Shown: one piece after another, positions 1 through 9,093 of the stretch
How the letters are laid out: every line of letters starts with the position of its first letter
Numbering within the stretch: position 1 is the stretch's first letter
DNA from: Candidatus Xenobia bacterium
Lineage (GTDB): Bacteria > Vulcanimicrobiota > Xenobia > Xenobiales > QWHO01
Length of the DNA stretch: 64,000 bases
Reading direction: 5' to 3'
Assembly (NCBI GenBank): GCA_045863235.1
Contig: BTUM01000001.1
Span: forward strand, 288,001 to 352,000
Position numbers and translations under genes: made by a program
Notes under the pieces: generated by a model
What the model was told of the DNA's origin: nothing
What the model saw: only the letters and a program-made list of their open reading frames with translations
Databases searched by the model: none

Positions 1-1
1 C

Positions 2-238
2 CAGGCTGACCACCTGCACCTGTCCGGCCGGATTGGCGCGGTAAAGCTTGACCCGACCCGAGCTGATGCAGTAGAGACCGCGCCCCAACTCGCCCTGTCG
101 GAACACCAACGTCCCCCGCTTGTAGCGAGTCGAGCTCTTGCCCGAGTCGAACGCATCCACCACGGCGCTGGTCGCGCCGCAGAGAATGCCCTTGCCCTCA
201 CGATGGCAAAGATGACAGCTGGGGGCGCACGGATCCAG
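2..238 (-). CDS. Crp/Fnr-family transcriptional regulator, N-terminal part (runs off window)
   Basis: Manual translation LDPCAPSCHLCHREGKGILC...YKRGTLVFRQGELGRGLYCISSGRVKLYR matches a cNMP-binding beta-barrel. AAAGGAG RBS lies 9 nt before an in-frame CTG at 238. Not in the ORF track. Confidence 0.85.
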   Translation of the reverse strand, partial: MDPCAPSCHLCHREGKGILCGATSAVVDAFDSGKSSTRYKRGTLVFRQGELGRGLYCISSGRVKLYRANPAGQVQVVSL

Positions 239-358
239 CGGAACAGTCTCCTTTCCTTGACTCTCCCAGTGTAGCAGAGTCGAGCAAGAACGAAATGACC
301 TGGATCATGTCGGCCCTTTCAGGCCGATTTGAGCCGGCCGGGATACCCTCAGCATACC

Positions 359-1678
359 ATGCAAGTCGCCACGGCCAATCCCAACCTGAGCGGCAAGAAC
401 CTTCTCGGTCGCGCCACCCATGGCGGTCTGCCGCCGAAGCTCTGGGAGAAGGCCCAGCACACCCGCGAGCACCTGGTCAGCCTCGAGTCCGAGCAAGAGC
501 TGCAGCGCTTCGACGCGCTCTACACCAGAGCCGCCGAAAAGAGCATGAACGAGACGGGCGATTCTCTCATTCACGACGCCGCCCTGGGAGCGGCTGGATT
601 GACCCTGTTGGCGGCCGGCGCCATGGCGGGTGCATCCGGGCTGGGAGGAGGGGTCTCGCTGCTGGCCCAGGCTCTCGGGGCCGGAGCCGAGACAGTCGAG
701 GGACTGGCCATGCTCAGCGGCATGTTTGGCCTGTTTGCGGGCGCGCTCGCCTTGCCGATCGGAGCCGTCTCGCTGGCGTGCCTGCCGATCAAGTCGCGCG
801 ACGAGAAGGCGCTCGACCAGTACTGCGATCAGGTCTTCACCCCGGGATGGAGACCCTCCCAGAGCGGCCCTCTGGACCGTGGCGAGGTGGTGGACCGGTG
901 GCTCAACGACCGGCCCTCGCAGGCCTCGCGCCAGGCTGGCAGGATCCTGGGTGGGTTGCTCGGCGGAGCTCTACTGGCTCCCTGCGGAGCGATTGGCGGA
1001 CCCTTCGCCTGCCTGACCGTTCCAGCCGCCGGAGTGTTGGGTCTCACCAAAGGTGGCGAGGAGGGGTACCAGCGAGGAATCGGCGCTCTGGTCCCGCTGG
1101 CCACCGGGACCCTGATGGGGGTGGGCACCGGGGCCTTGCTGGCTTTCACCACGGTGGGCCCCGGCTGGCCCGTGGCTCTGGGGGCGGCGACCGCCGGCAT
1201 CCTGGGAGCCGCCCTGGGCGGCTTTCTGGGCGAGGCCGGCCGGACTCCACTGGAGCGTGACCTCGACAGCCTGGCCCTCTGGCTGGGCAAGGAATCACGC
1301 TATGAGGCGGTGGATGACCCCGCTCTGCACAAGTTGATCCGCTGGCTGGTGGCCCACCCTCAGCTCACTCCCGATCAGCAGAAATTCCTGGTCCAGATGA
1401 TGCGTCACGCTCAGCCGGACGATCGCAAGGGCTTCTTCGAATCGCTGCGCGGACAGATCGCCAGCCAGAAGCTCGACCAGGATGGCTGTGGGCAGCTCCT
1501 CCAGCGCCTGACCCGCCACGGCCTGACCAGCCAGAAGCTCTGCGACGCGCTTGAACGCGCCCTGCAAGGGGACGTGCCGGGGGCTCAGGGGGTCGAGGAG
1601 ACGTCTGGCCGGGTCGTGCTGGGCGGTATCTCCGTGCGGCGCAAGAGCTTGGCCAGCCAGGAGGGCCGCCCACAGTAG
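359..1678 (+). CDS. Hypothetical membrane protein with Gly/Ala-rich hydrophobic hairpins
   Basis: ORF 329..1678 with likely ATG at 359. Several glycine-zipper-like hydrophobic segments; host-like codon usage. Confidence 0.7.
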   Translation: MQVATANPNLSGKNLLGRATHGGLPPKLWEKAQHTREHLVSLESEQELQRFDALYTRAAEKSMNETGDSLIHDAALGAAGLTLLAAGAMAGASGLGGGVSLLAQALGAGAETVEGLAMLSGMFGLFAGALALPIGAVSLACLPIKSRDEKALDQYCDQVFTPGWRPSQSGPLDRGEVVDRWLNDRPSQASRQAGRILGGLLGGALLAPCGAIGGPFACLTVPAAGVLGLTKGGEEGYQRGIGALVPLATGTLMGVGTGALLAFTTVGPGWPVALGAATAGILGAALGGFLGEAGRTPLERDLDSLALWLGKESRYEAVDDPALHKLIRWLVAHPQLTPDQQKFLVQMMRHAQPDDRKGFFESLRGQIASQKLDQDGCGQLLQRLTRHGLTSQKLCDALERALQGDVPGAQGVEETSGRVVLGGISVRRKSLASQEGRPQ

Positions 1679-1720
1679 ACCCGAGGGCTGTGCCGATCAA
1701 CCCATGGTTGGCGCAAACCC

Positions 1721-2683
1721 TCAGGTCCCCACGCTGGCGGGAGCGTGGCTGGCCAGGAACTCCTCGGCTTCCATGGCGGCCATGCAGCCCATCCCAGCGG
1801 CGGAGATGGCCTGGCGGAAGCGCCGGTCAACCACATCCCCGCAGGCAAACAGGCCCGGAGTGCGGGTCTTGACAATCTCGGTAGGAGTGTGGCCCGGGAC
1901 GGTGCGGATGTAGCCGTCCTCGTCTCGGTCCACCAGGTCCTTGACGAAATCGGAGTTGGGCACGTGGCCGATGCCCAGGAAGAGGCCATCGGTTTTGAAG
2001 AGCTCGGGGGGCTTGTCCTTGCTCGAGACCATGACGCCGGTCACGCCTTCCTCGGGGGTTCCCTTGACCTCGGACACCCAGCTGTTCCACAGGAAAGCGA
2101 TCTTGGGGTGCTTGAGGGCCCGGTCCTGCATGATCTTGCTGGCCCGGAGCGCGTCACGGCGGTGAATGACGGTCACCTTGTTGGCAAAGCGGGTCAGGAA
2201 GAGCGCCTCCTCCATGGCCGAATCGCCACCACCCACCACAACAACCTCGCGCTCGCGGTAGAAGGCACCGTCGCAGGTGGCGCAGCTCGACACACCCTGG
2301 CCGAACAGCTCAGCCTCGCCCGGCACCTCGAGCTTTCTGGCCCGGGCCCCGGTGGCCACGATCAGGGTGCGGGTCTTGAGCACCTGACCATCCTCCATGT
2401 GCACGACGAAGTGGGAGCCCTCCTTTTGGACCTCGCGAATGCGACCGTACTGGTAGGTCGCGCCAAACTTCTGGGCCTGCTTCTTCATGCGCTCGATGAG
2501 CTCGAAGCCGCCTACCCCGTCGGGAAATCCGGGGAAGTTCTCTACCTCGGATGTGAGCGAGAGCTGGCCGCCCGGCTCATCTCCCTCGAACACCAGCGGA
2601 GCGAGGTCGGCGCGAGCCGCGTAAATGGCTGCGGTGTGGCCGGCGCAGCCCGATCCGGCGATGATGACGTTCTGTTCGCTCAA
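1721..2683 (-). CDS. trxB: Thioredoxin-disulfide reductase
   Basis: GSGCAG FAD motif, CATCDG active site, GGGDSAMEEA NADPH motif, GDVVD..RQAISAAG. TTG start after GAGGAG. Confidence 0.96.
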   Translation of the reverse strand: MSEQNVIIAGSGCAGHTAAIYAARADLAPLVFEGDEPGGQLSLTSEVENFPGFPDGVGGFELIERMKKQAQKFGATYQYGRIREVQKEGSHFVVHMEDGQVLKTRTLIVATGARARKLEVPGEAELFGQGVSSCATCDGAFYREREVVVVGGGDSAMEEALFLTRFANKVTVIHRRDALRASKIMQDRALKHPKIAFLWNSWVSEVKGTPEEGVTGVMVSSKDKPPELFKTDGLFLGIGHVPNSDFVKDLVDRDEDGYIRTVPGHTPTEIVKTRTPGLFACGDVVDRRFRQAISAAGMGCMAAMEAEEFLASHAPASVGT

Positions 2684-2774
2684 GACAAGAGACTCCTCGG
2701 AAAAGTTTGGGGGGCGGTAAGCGAGCTTGCATTCCCCGCCAGGGCTGGATGTCCTCCGGCGAGAAGGGCCTGTG

Positions 2775-3671
2775 ATGCGCATCTTTCTCGCTCTCTGCCT
2801 GGCCCTGACCCTGGCCCTGCCCGCCTGGTCTCAGCCCAAAGGGGTCATCCAGAAGAAGCTCAAGCCGATCGGGGGCATACCGGTCTACCAGTGGGTTTAC
2901 CCCAGCGGTGGCCTCAAGGTCCGCGGACTGCTATTCCTGCCCGCCTCCAAGACGCCGCTGCCGCTGGTCATCTTCAACCACGACGGCACTTCGGGCATCT
3001 CCCGCGAGCACAAGCTGGCCAGCGCCCGGCTGGCCAAAGCCGGTTATGCCGTCTTCTCGCCCTCTTATCGGGGAGAAGACGGCTCACAGGGCGAGATTGA
3101 GATCGCCGCCGGCGAGGTGCAGGATGTTCTCAACGTGGTGCCGCTGCTGGCCCAGGTGAAGGGGATCGATGCCGAGCGTCTGGCTTTCGTGGGCGCCTCC
3201 CACGGCGCCCTCATCAGCGTGCTGGCGGCGGCCGACCATCCCGGCGTGGACGCGGTCGTGGCTGCCTACGGGGTGATGGACATCTATAGCTGGTATGACT
3301 ACCTCAAGAAGGCCGGCAAGCTGGGCGGGGACGCGCTCACCCGCAAGACCTACGGCGACGGCCCTCAAGATAAGCCCCAGAACTTCGCCGCCCGCCAGGC
3401 CCTGACGCGGGTCCCGCGCCTGAAAGCGCCGATCTTGATCTTGCAGGGCGCCAAGGACGACATCGTGCCGCCCGACCAGGCCCGCAAGATGAAAGCCGAG
3501 ATGGAGAAGCACGGCAAGAAGGTGACCATGAAGATCTATCCCAACTGCCTGCACGGCTTTCTGGTTTACGTGCCTTTCCTCAAGAGCGGCGTCGAGCCCG
3601 AGGAGCGCACCGAGACCGAGCTCGCCTGGCGCGACATGCTGGAGTTCCTGAAGCTTCACCTCAAGAGCTGA
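2775..3671 (+). CDS. Secreted alpha/beta hydrolase (S9 peptidase/dienelactone hydrolase-like)
   Basis: Signal peptide MRIFLALCLALTLALPAWS; GASHG nucleophile elbow; QGAKDDIV (Asp) and HGF (His) complete the triad. Confidence 0.85.
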   Translation: MRIFLALCLALTLALPAWSQPKGVIQKKLKPIGGIPVYQWVYPSGGLKVRGLLFLPASKTPLPLVIFNHDGTSGISREHKLASARLAKAGYAVFSPSYRGEDGSQGEIEIAAGEVQDVLNVVPLLAQVKGIDAERLAFVGASHGALISVLAAADHPGVDAVVAAYGVMDIYSWYDYLKKAGKLGGDALTRKTYGDGPQDKPQNFAARQALTRVPRLKAPILILQGAKDDIVPPDQARKMKAEMEKHGKKVTMKIYPNCLHGFLVYVPFLKSGVEPEERTETELAWRDMLEFLKLHLKS

Positions 3672-3683
3672 GGAGCGCCTCGC

Positions 3684-4289
3684 TCACACGCCCAGGCCCA
3701 GCTCGGCCAGGCGAGCGCGGGTCGACTCGTAGCCCGTGTGATGCACGCCGCGAATCCCCAGCCCGCCGGCCACCTCGATGAAGAGCGACCGGTCGTCCAC
3801 GTAGATGACCTCCTCGGGGGCGACCTGAGAGATGTCCAGGGCCAGCTTCCAGATACCCGGGTCAGGCTTGCGCATGCCCACGAAACACGAGGAGACAAAA
3901 GTGTCCACCAGCTCGCCCAGCCGGAAGGTCTGCACTCGATGCAGGGTCAGCTCGCGACCTTCGTTGGAGACCACCGTGACCCGCAGCCCATAGGTCTGGC
4001 GCAGACGACGCAAGAGCTCGAGCATCTCGGGGAACGGTTTGGACTGCTCCAGCATGAACTGCTTGAAATCAGCCGGCGTGAAGTCTCGCGGCTTGTAGAA
4101 GACGGTGCGGGCGAGATACTCATCCAGGCTAAGCTTGCCCTCCTCGTAGGTGTCGAAGGTCATCCGATGGCGCTCGTCAACCTCCGCGCCATCGAGTTGA
4201 AACTGCTCGCAGGCCTTCATCCGCCCGGCCCGATCCCATCCGTTGGTCAACAGCACGTTGCCCACGTCGAAGAACAGCGCTTTGACCAT
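3684..4289 (-). CDS. HAD-superfamily hydrolase/phosphatase
   Basis: FDVGNVL motif I, SN motif II, KPDP and YVDD motifs III/IV. Confidence 0.9.
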   Translation of the reverse strand: MVKALFFDVGNVLLTNGWDRAGRMKACEQFQLDGAEVDERHRMTFDTYEEGKLSLDEYLARTVFYKPRDFTPADFKQFMLEQSKPFPEMLELLRRLRQTYGLRVTVVSNEGRELTLHRVQTFRLGELVDTFVSSCFVGMRKPDPGIWKLALDISQVAPEEVIYVDDRSLFIEVAGGLGIRGVHHTGYESTRARLAELGLGV

Positions 4290-5437
4290 TACTGCTCACC
4301 GCCTCCAGTCCAATGATTGACGGCGTACTGCGTTCCCGAGCCGATCTGGTAAAGCAACGTTTGCTGCAACTCGCGACGCGTGCCCGGGGGAAGCAGGGTG
4401 CGACTCTGGCTGGTCTTCAGGCTGACGACGTAAATGTCGTCGTCCACTCCCTGCCGGGAATGATAAGCCGCCCAGTTGCCCCTGGAGGAAACCGCCAGAT
4501 CCTGCACCAGCCGCCCTGCCCGCACCCGGTCGAGAATCCGCTCGGCCACCAGGCTGAAGGGGTGAAACGCCAGCACGGTGTTGTTCTGAAGCAGCAACAG
4601 ACGGTCCGAGTCGCGCGGCCAGAAGGGCAGGCAGGCGCTGCTGGAAGGGGTGGACAGCCGGGTGAACTGGCCTTCCTCCACGTCGGTCAGCATGTAAAGC
4701 TCACAGCGCGTGCCCAACTCGGCCGCGGCCGCCAGGCCGCGCGAGTCGGACGACCAGGTGGTGCGCAGGGATCTGCCCTCGGTGGAGATGAAGCTGTAGC
4801 GAAGGGTCCGACTGGCCCGGTCGTAGATCCAGACGCCCCGGGTCGAGCCGCTGGCCACCACCACGGCCAGCTTGTTGCCATCGGGGGAGGGCGAGACCTC
4901 TTCCAGGTTGAGCTGCTCGGCGCTGGTCGAGGGGAAGCGGGCCACGGGGCGAAAGATCCTCTCCCCCGGAGACCATGAGAGCAGCGTCACCGCACCTTTC
5001 AGGCTGCGCTGAAAGAAGACCTCGCCGCCCCGCACGCCGATCAGCTGCAGATCGACCTGCTCGAAGCGTACCGTGCGGCGGAAGCTGCCGTCGGTGGCCA
5101 CCTGGATGAGGACGGGGGGCTGGCCCGGTTGCTGGGGAGGTTGCAGCAAGATGCTGCTGTCGTTCTCGATCCAGGCTGCGATGCGCAGCTCGCCGGGGGG
5201 AAATTCGGCTACCAGCCGGCGCTCGCTGCCGATCCGATCGGCCCACCAGAGCTGGCGACAGGTGTAGGCGCCCCCGCCGGGAGGCATCAGAAGCCGGAAG
5301 TAAGCCAGGCGCGACTCGTCCTCCGACCAGACGGGCTGCTCGTAGTGGAGAATAGGGAGTGAGTCGGTGCGTTCAGCCCGTCGCTCGAGATAGGCCAGGC
5401 TGCCCGTAAAGGCGCCCAGCATCAACAACACGAACAC
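4289..5437 (-). CDS. Membrane-anchored TolB-like beta-propeller protein
   Basis: N-terminal hydrophobic anchor and repeated WS/SPDG-type blades (PVWSED, SPSPDGNKLAV, WSSDSRGL). Start uncertain. Confidence 0.6.
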   Translation of the reverse strand: MFVLLMLGAFTGSLAYLERRAERTDSLPILHYEQPVWSEDESRLAYFRLLMPPGGGAYTCRQLWWADRIGSERRLVAEFPPGELRIAAWIENDSSILLQPPQQPGQPPVLIQVATDGSFRRTVRFEQVDLQLIGVRGGEVFFQRSLKGAVTLLSWSPGERIFRPVARFPSTSAEQLNLEEVSPSPDGNKLAVVVASGSTRGVWIYDRASRTLRYSFISTEGRSLRTTWSSDSRGLAAAAELGTRCELYMLTDVEEGQFTRLSTPSSSACLPFWPRDSDRLLLLQNNTVLAFHPFSLVAERILDRVRAGRLVQDLAVSSRGNWAAYHSRQGVDDDIYVVSLKTSQSRTLLPPGTRRELQQTLLYQIGSGTQYAVNHWTGGGEQ

Positions 5438-5739
5438 ACCACCGATCAGTAGATCGCGAACGGTCTTACTGAATGGACTCCCTCCTCTCCGACAAAGGGG
5501 CCCGGCCGAACAGGCCGAGCCTCAAGAATTGTAGTCCCCACAGCTGGCGAACCGCGCCACGGGCTTGCCCAAGCTTTCCCGGCAAACTGGCTGGCGGCCA
5601 ACCTGAACCTGGAAAGTAAAATTTCACAAGCCTCGGGGGTACTCCTTCGAACGAAAAGTTCATCCTGAGTTCACCCATCGGTAACACCGCTCGGATCATG
5701 ATGCTCCCTGGACACCCCAGCACTTCCGGGAGGTAGCCG

Positions 5740-7224
5740 ATGACCACCACCGCCTGCTCCACCAATCAGACCCTCTGCAAATTCTGGCCCTGGCCCAAGC
5801 CCGACCCGCCGGCTCCGCCGCCGCCCTCCGGTGACGTCGAGTTCAGCTACAACCCGCAGGATCGCAGCGTTCTGGACGCAGGCACCGTGGTCATCGGCGG
5901 GGTGGGAGCCGGGCCCACGGTGGAGAAGGCCAAGCTCAACGGCGCCAATCCAGCCAAGGACGGCAAGTATGTCTTCGCCCCCGGAGAGCAGGGCTTCGTG
6001 GGCGCCCTGGCATTCTCGAGCGTGGCCAGGACCATCAAGATCTTCGAAGAGGCTCTGGGTGAGCCCATCCGTTGGGCCTTCAACGGCACCCAGTTACGCA
6101 TCAACGCGGACGCGGGCCGCGACCTGAACGCCTTCTACAGCCGCCAGGGAAAGAGCCTGAACTTCTTCCATGAGACCGACCCGGTCACGCGCCAGGTGGT
6201 CTACTCGGGCGGATCGGGCGAAGTCGCCGCCCACGAAGCCGGACACGCCATCCTGGATGGCTTGCGTCCCGGCTACCTGGGAGCCTGGTCGCCCGACCCG
6301 GGCGGCTTCCACGAGTCGTTCGGCGACGTGCTGGCCATGCTGGTCTGCCTGCAAGACGACCGCTGCCTGCAACGGGTGGTGGAGCAGACGGGCGGTGACC
6401 TGTCCATCCCCAACATGGCCTCCCACCTGGGCGAAGAGCTGGGCACGGCCATCAACAACACCACTGGCAAGAACGTGACCGGGGGCAACTACACCCGCAC
6501 GGCCATCAACAGTTTCGTCTGGCAAGACCCCAGCACGCTACCCGAGAAGGGCGGCCCGGACCAGCTCGGAAGGGCGGTGCACAGCTACTCTCGCCTCTGG
6601 ACCGGGTCGTTCTACGATGTCCTCAAGGGCATGGTCAACTCCAACCGCGAGCAGGGGATGGAGCCGTTCCAGGCCATCCGGGCGGCCTCCACCGAGGCCC
6701 TCAAGCTCTACGGTGGCCTGATGAAGACCGCTCCTCGGGGCGACCACACCTATCGAGACATGGCCCGGGCCCTGGTGGCGGCCGACCGTCAGTACAACAA
6801 CGGCGCCCGCTCCGAGTTGATCACCCGGGTCTTCACCGACCGCCGGATCCTGAACGGACGAGAGGATGCCGAGACTCCCTCCTTTGCCCAGGCCGATGCC
6901 CGCGTCTACCAGAGCGAAGAAGAGAGCACCCGTCCCCAGCGCGTCCTGCTCCAGGGACCCGAGTTCCGGCAGTTCGATGGGGCCGTGGTGGACAACCTGG
7001 TGGACAAGAGCGCCTCCATGTTCCAGGAAGCCGAGAGCGCCGATCGGGTGAAAGACAGCCTCAAGCACCTGATCGCGGCCGGGCGCATCCTCTACACCGA
7101 CCCCGGCAAGCCGGTCAGCGAGAAAGATCTCTTCGACCCCCACGGCCAGCCTTACACCGGCGTGGTGCGCTGGGAGAACGGCCAGATGGTGATCGAGCGC
7201 GTCAAGATTCTGTCGACTCGGTAA
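5740..7224 (+). CDS. Zinc metallopeptidase, thermolysin/fungalysin-like (M4/M36 gluzincin)
   Basis: NAFY motif, HEAGH (HExxH), downstream HESFGD third ligand, VHSYS catalytic-His region. GGAGG RBS. Confidence 0.8.
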   Translation: MTTTACSTNQTLCKFWPWPKPDPPAPPPPSGDVEFSYNPQDRSVLDAGTVVIGGVGAGPTVEKAKLNGANPAKDGKYVFAPGEQGFVGALAFSSVARTIKIFEEALGEPIRWAFNGTQLRINADAGRDLNAFYSRQGKSLNFFHETDPVTRQVVYSGGSGEVAAHEAGHAILDGLRPGYLGAWSPDPGGFHESFGDVLAMLVCLQDDRCLQRVVEQTGGDLSIPNMASHLGEELGTAINNTTGKNVTGGNYTRTAINSFVWQDPSTLPEKGGPDQLGRAVHSYSRLWTGSFYDVLKGMVNSNREQGMEPFQAIRAASTEALKLYGGLMKTAPRGDHTYRDMARALVAADRQYNNGARSELITRVFTDRRILNGREDAETPSFAQADARVYQSEEESTRPQRVLLQGPEFRQFDGAVVDNLVDKSASMFQEAESADRVKDSLKHLIAAGRILYTDPGKPVSEKDLFDPHGQPYTGVVRWENGQMVIERVKILSTR

Positions 7225-7254
7225 GGCGCCGCGCGTTGGGCTTTCAGGAAGCAA

Positions 7255-7516
7255 CTGGCAACAGGTCGCGACTACGCATTCCCCTGATACTGAACAGGTG
7301 AACGCGCGGGAGTGTAACACCGCTGAAATGTTTCCAGCCTCCCCCCGCGGTAGCATGCAGACATCGAGGTTGAGCCCGGGAGCAACCGGCCACCCGAAGG
7401 CCTGCAAGGCTGAACAAGAGCAGGCCCGGATGGATTCGGCGGGGAGGGTGGTATGCCCCAGCTCCCCAAGGGGCCTTCCTGCCACCTGACCCTCGGTCTT
7501 TTGACCGAGGGTTTTT
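7255..7516 (+). ncRNA. Candidate structured non-coding RNA (family unassigned)
   Basis: About 260-nt intergenic stretch with nested complementary segments, ending in a strong intrinsic terminator. Confidence 0.35.
7489..7516 (+). terminator. Rho-independent terminator
   Basis: ACCCTCGGTC-TTTT-GACCGAGGGT stem-loop followed by a T-tract. Confidence 0.85.
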
Positions 7517-7540
7517 CATTTGCCCTGCGAAGCCCTGAGA

Positions 7541-8287
7541 GTGAGCCACGAAGCTGCCCAGAGGGCACACTACGAACAGATCGGCGCAGCCTATGAAGTA
7601 CACTACTCCGACCCCACCAGCCGCGAGTACCGTGACCGGTTCCTGCACGCGCCTCTTTTCGCGGGACTGAACCTGACCGGAATGCGGGCCCTGGATGCGA
7701 TGAGCGGCAGTGGCTCGCTTTCTGACTATCTTCAACGCAAGGGCGCTCGGGTCACAGGGCTGGACATCTCGCCGACCCAGATTGCCATGTATCAAGAAAA
7801 GCTGCCCGATTGCCAGGCAGTGTGCGGCTCCATGCTCGAGAGCGGCCTACCCGATGCCAGTTTTGACCTGGTCGCCGTGGTCGGCGGGCTGCACCACCTG
7901 CACCCCAACGTGCTCGCTGCAATCGACGAGGTACACCGCCTGCTGCGTCCGGGGGGCTACTTCTGCTTTACCGAGCCCCATTCAGGCTCGCTGCCGGACA
8001 TCTTACGCCAGCTCTGGTACCGCTTCGACCCGCTTTTCGAGGAAAACGAGGCAGCCATCGACGTCAGCCAGCTCAAGAGGGCCAATCAGCACCGATTCGA
8101 CTTCGAAATCGAGCGTTACGTGGGCAATGTGGCCTACATCGTGGTGCTCAACTCCATGGTTCTGCGGCTTCCTGTGGGCCTCAAGAAGTACTATGCCGGC
8201 CCGGCCATGCAACTCGAATCGCTGCTGAACCGCATCCTGCCAAGGTTACTGGCATGCTATACCATCTGCAGATGGCGCAAGCTCTAA
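7541..8287 (+). CDS. Class I SAM-dependent methyltransferase
   Basis: ALDAMSGSG, GLDIS, FDLV...LHH and LRPGG motifs. GTG start chosen; the ORF extends to 7520. Confidence 0.88.
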   Translation: MSHEAAQRAHYEQIGAAYEVHYSDPTSREYRDRFLHAPLFAGLNLTGMRALDAMSGSGSLSDYLQRKGARVTGLDISPTQIAMYQEKLPDCQAVCGSMLESGLPDASFDLVAVVGGLHHLHPNVLAAIDEVHRLLRPGGYFCFTEPHSGSLPDILRQLWYRFDPLFEENEAAIDVSQLKRANQHRFDFEIERYVGNVAYIVVLNSMVLRLPVGLKKYYAGPAMQLESLLNRILPRLLACYTICRWRKL

Positions 8288-8492
8288 AGCGACGCGCAAA
8301 GGCTTAACCGTCTCATCGGTGCGTGTCTAACACTTTTCTAACAGTTCGCAAACTCAACTCACACGCGCCCGCCGCTAAGCTACCAGGTGGCCGTGCTACG
8401 CCATTTTAGAGTGCAGTCGTGAAGGTTTTGCAGGGATCCGCGTCGACAGACCCGTGGGGAGGCGTCCCTGAAGAGAGCAAGACCTTCATCAC

Positions 8493-9089
8493 ATGACGCT
8501 CAACAGCAGAGAAGACGAGGTGCCAGCGGACTTGAGTCAGGAAGAAGTCCAGCTCGAAGAACCCGAAGCCGTCGAGGAAGCCGATTCCAACTCGGGAGTG
8601 GCCGAGTTGTCCGAGTTGCTGCGCACCCGTGACGCCGAGATCGTAGAGCTCAAAGAGCAGGTGCGACGCGTGGCAGCGGACTTTGAGAACTTCCGCCGTC
8701 GCCAGGAAGAAGAGCAGAAGCGCCGATTGCAGCACCTCAAGGAAGACCTCTTCCGCCAGCTGCTCACCATCCTGGACAGCTTCGAGCGCGGTCTGGCGGC
8801 CGCTCAGGCCAGTCCCTCCATCGAAAGCCTGACCCAGGGTATGGAGATGGTGACCCGCGAGTATCACAAGCTCCTGCAAAATCACGGCGTGGAGCCGATC
8901 CAAACCGAAGGCGTGCTGTTTGACCCCAACTTGCATGAGGCCATGATGCTCGAGGAACGCGATGACGTGCCCGATCAGGCGATCGTGGCCGAGTTACAGC
9001 GCGGTTATCGCATGGCTGACCGCGTGCTGCGGCCAAGCCTGGTCAAGGTGGCCAGCAACAATCAACCCCAAGCAACAACGGAGGCTTGA
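8493..9089 (+). CDS. grpE: Nucleotide exchange factor GrpE
   Basis: [18 protein letters not shown] and GY...[10 protein letters not shown] motifs; directly upstream of dnaK. Confidence 0.96.
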   Translation: MTLNSREDEVPADLSQEEVQLEEPEAVEEADSNSGVAELSELLRTRDAEIVELKEQVRRVAADFENFRRRQEEEQKRRLQHLKEDLFRQLLTILDSFERGLAAAQASPSIESLTQGMEMVTREYHKLLQNHGVEPIQTEGVLFDPNLHEAMMLEERDDVPDQAIVAELQRGYRMADRVLRPSLVKVASNNQPQATTEA

Positions 9090-9093
9090 CCCA

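Noticed and set aside
320..332. CAGGCCGATTTGA shared with about 60282-60294, resembling a sigma28 -10 element
   Set aside because: No properly spaced TAAA -35 element and only two copies; chance is plausible.
5648..5662. GAAC-GAAAA-GTTC as an SOS box
   Set aside because: The spacer is 5 rather than 4 bp, it does not match the lexA-promoter motif, and the flanking genes are not repair genes.
7420..7490. Resemblance of the intergenic RNA to the tmRNA 5' end or the SRP loop
   Set aside because: No tRNA-like 3' end with CCA, no tag ORF and no SRP GGAAGGAAGCAG loop motif; left as an unassigned RNA candidate.
8391..8417. GAGTGC half-site upstream of grpE as a CIRCE element
   Set aside because: The left arm (TTAGCACTC) is absent at the 9-bp spacing.
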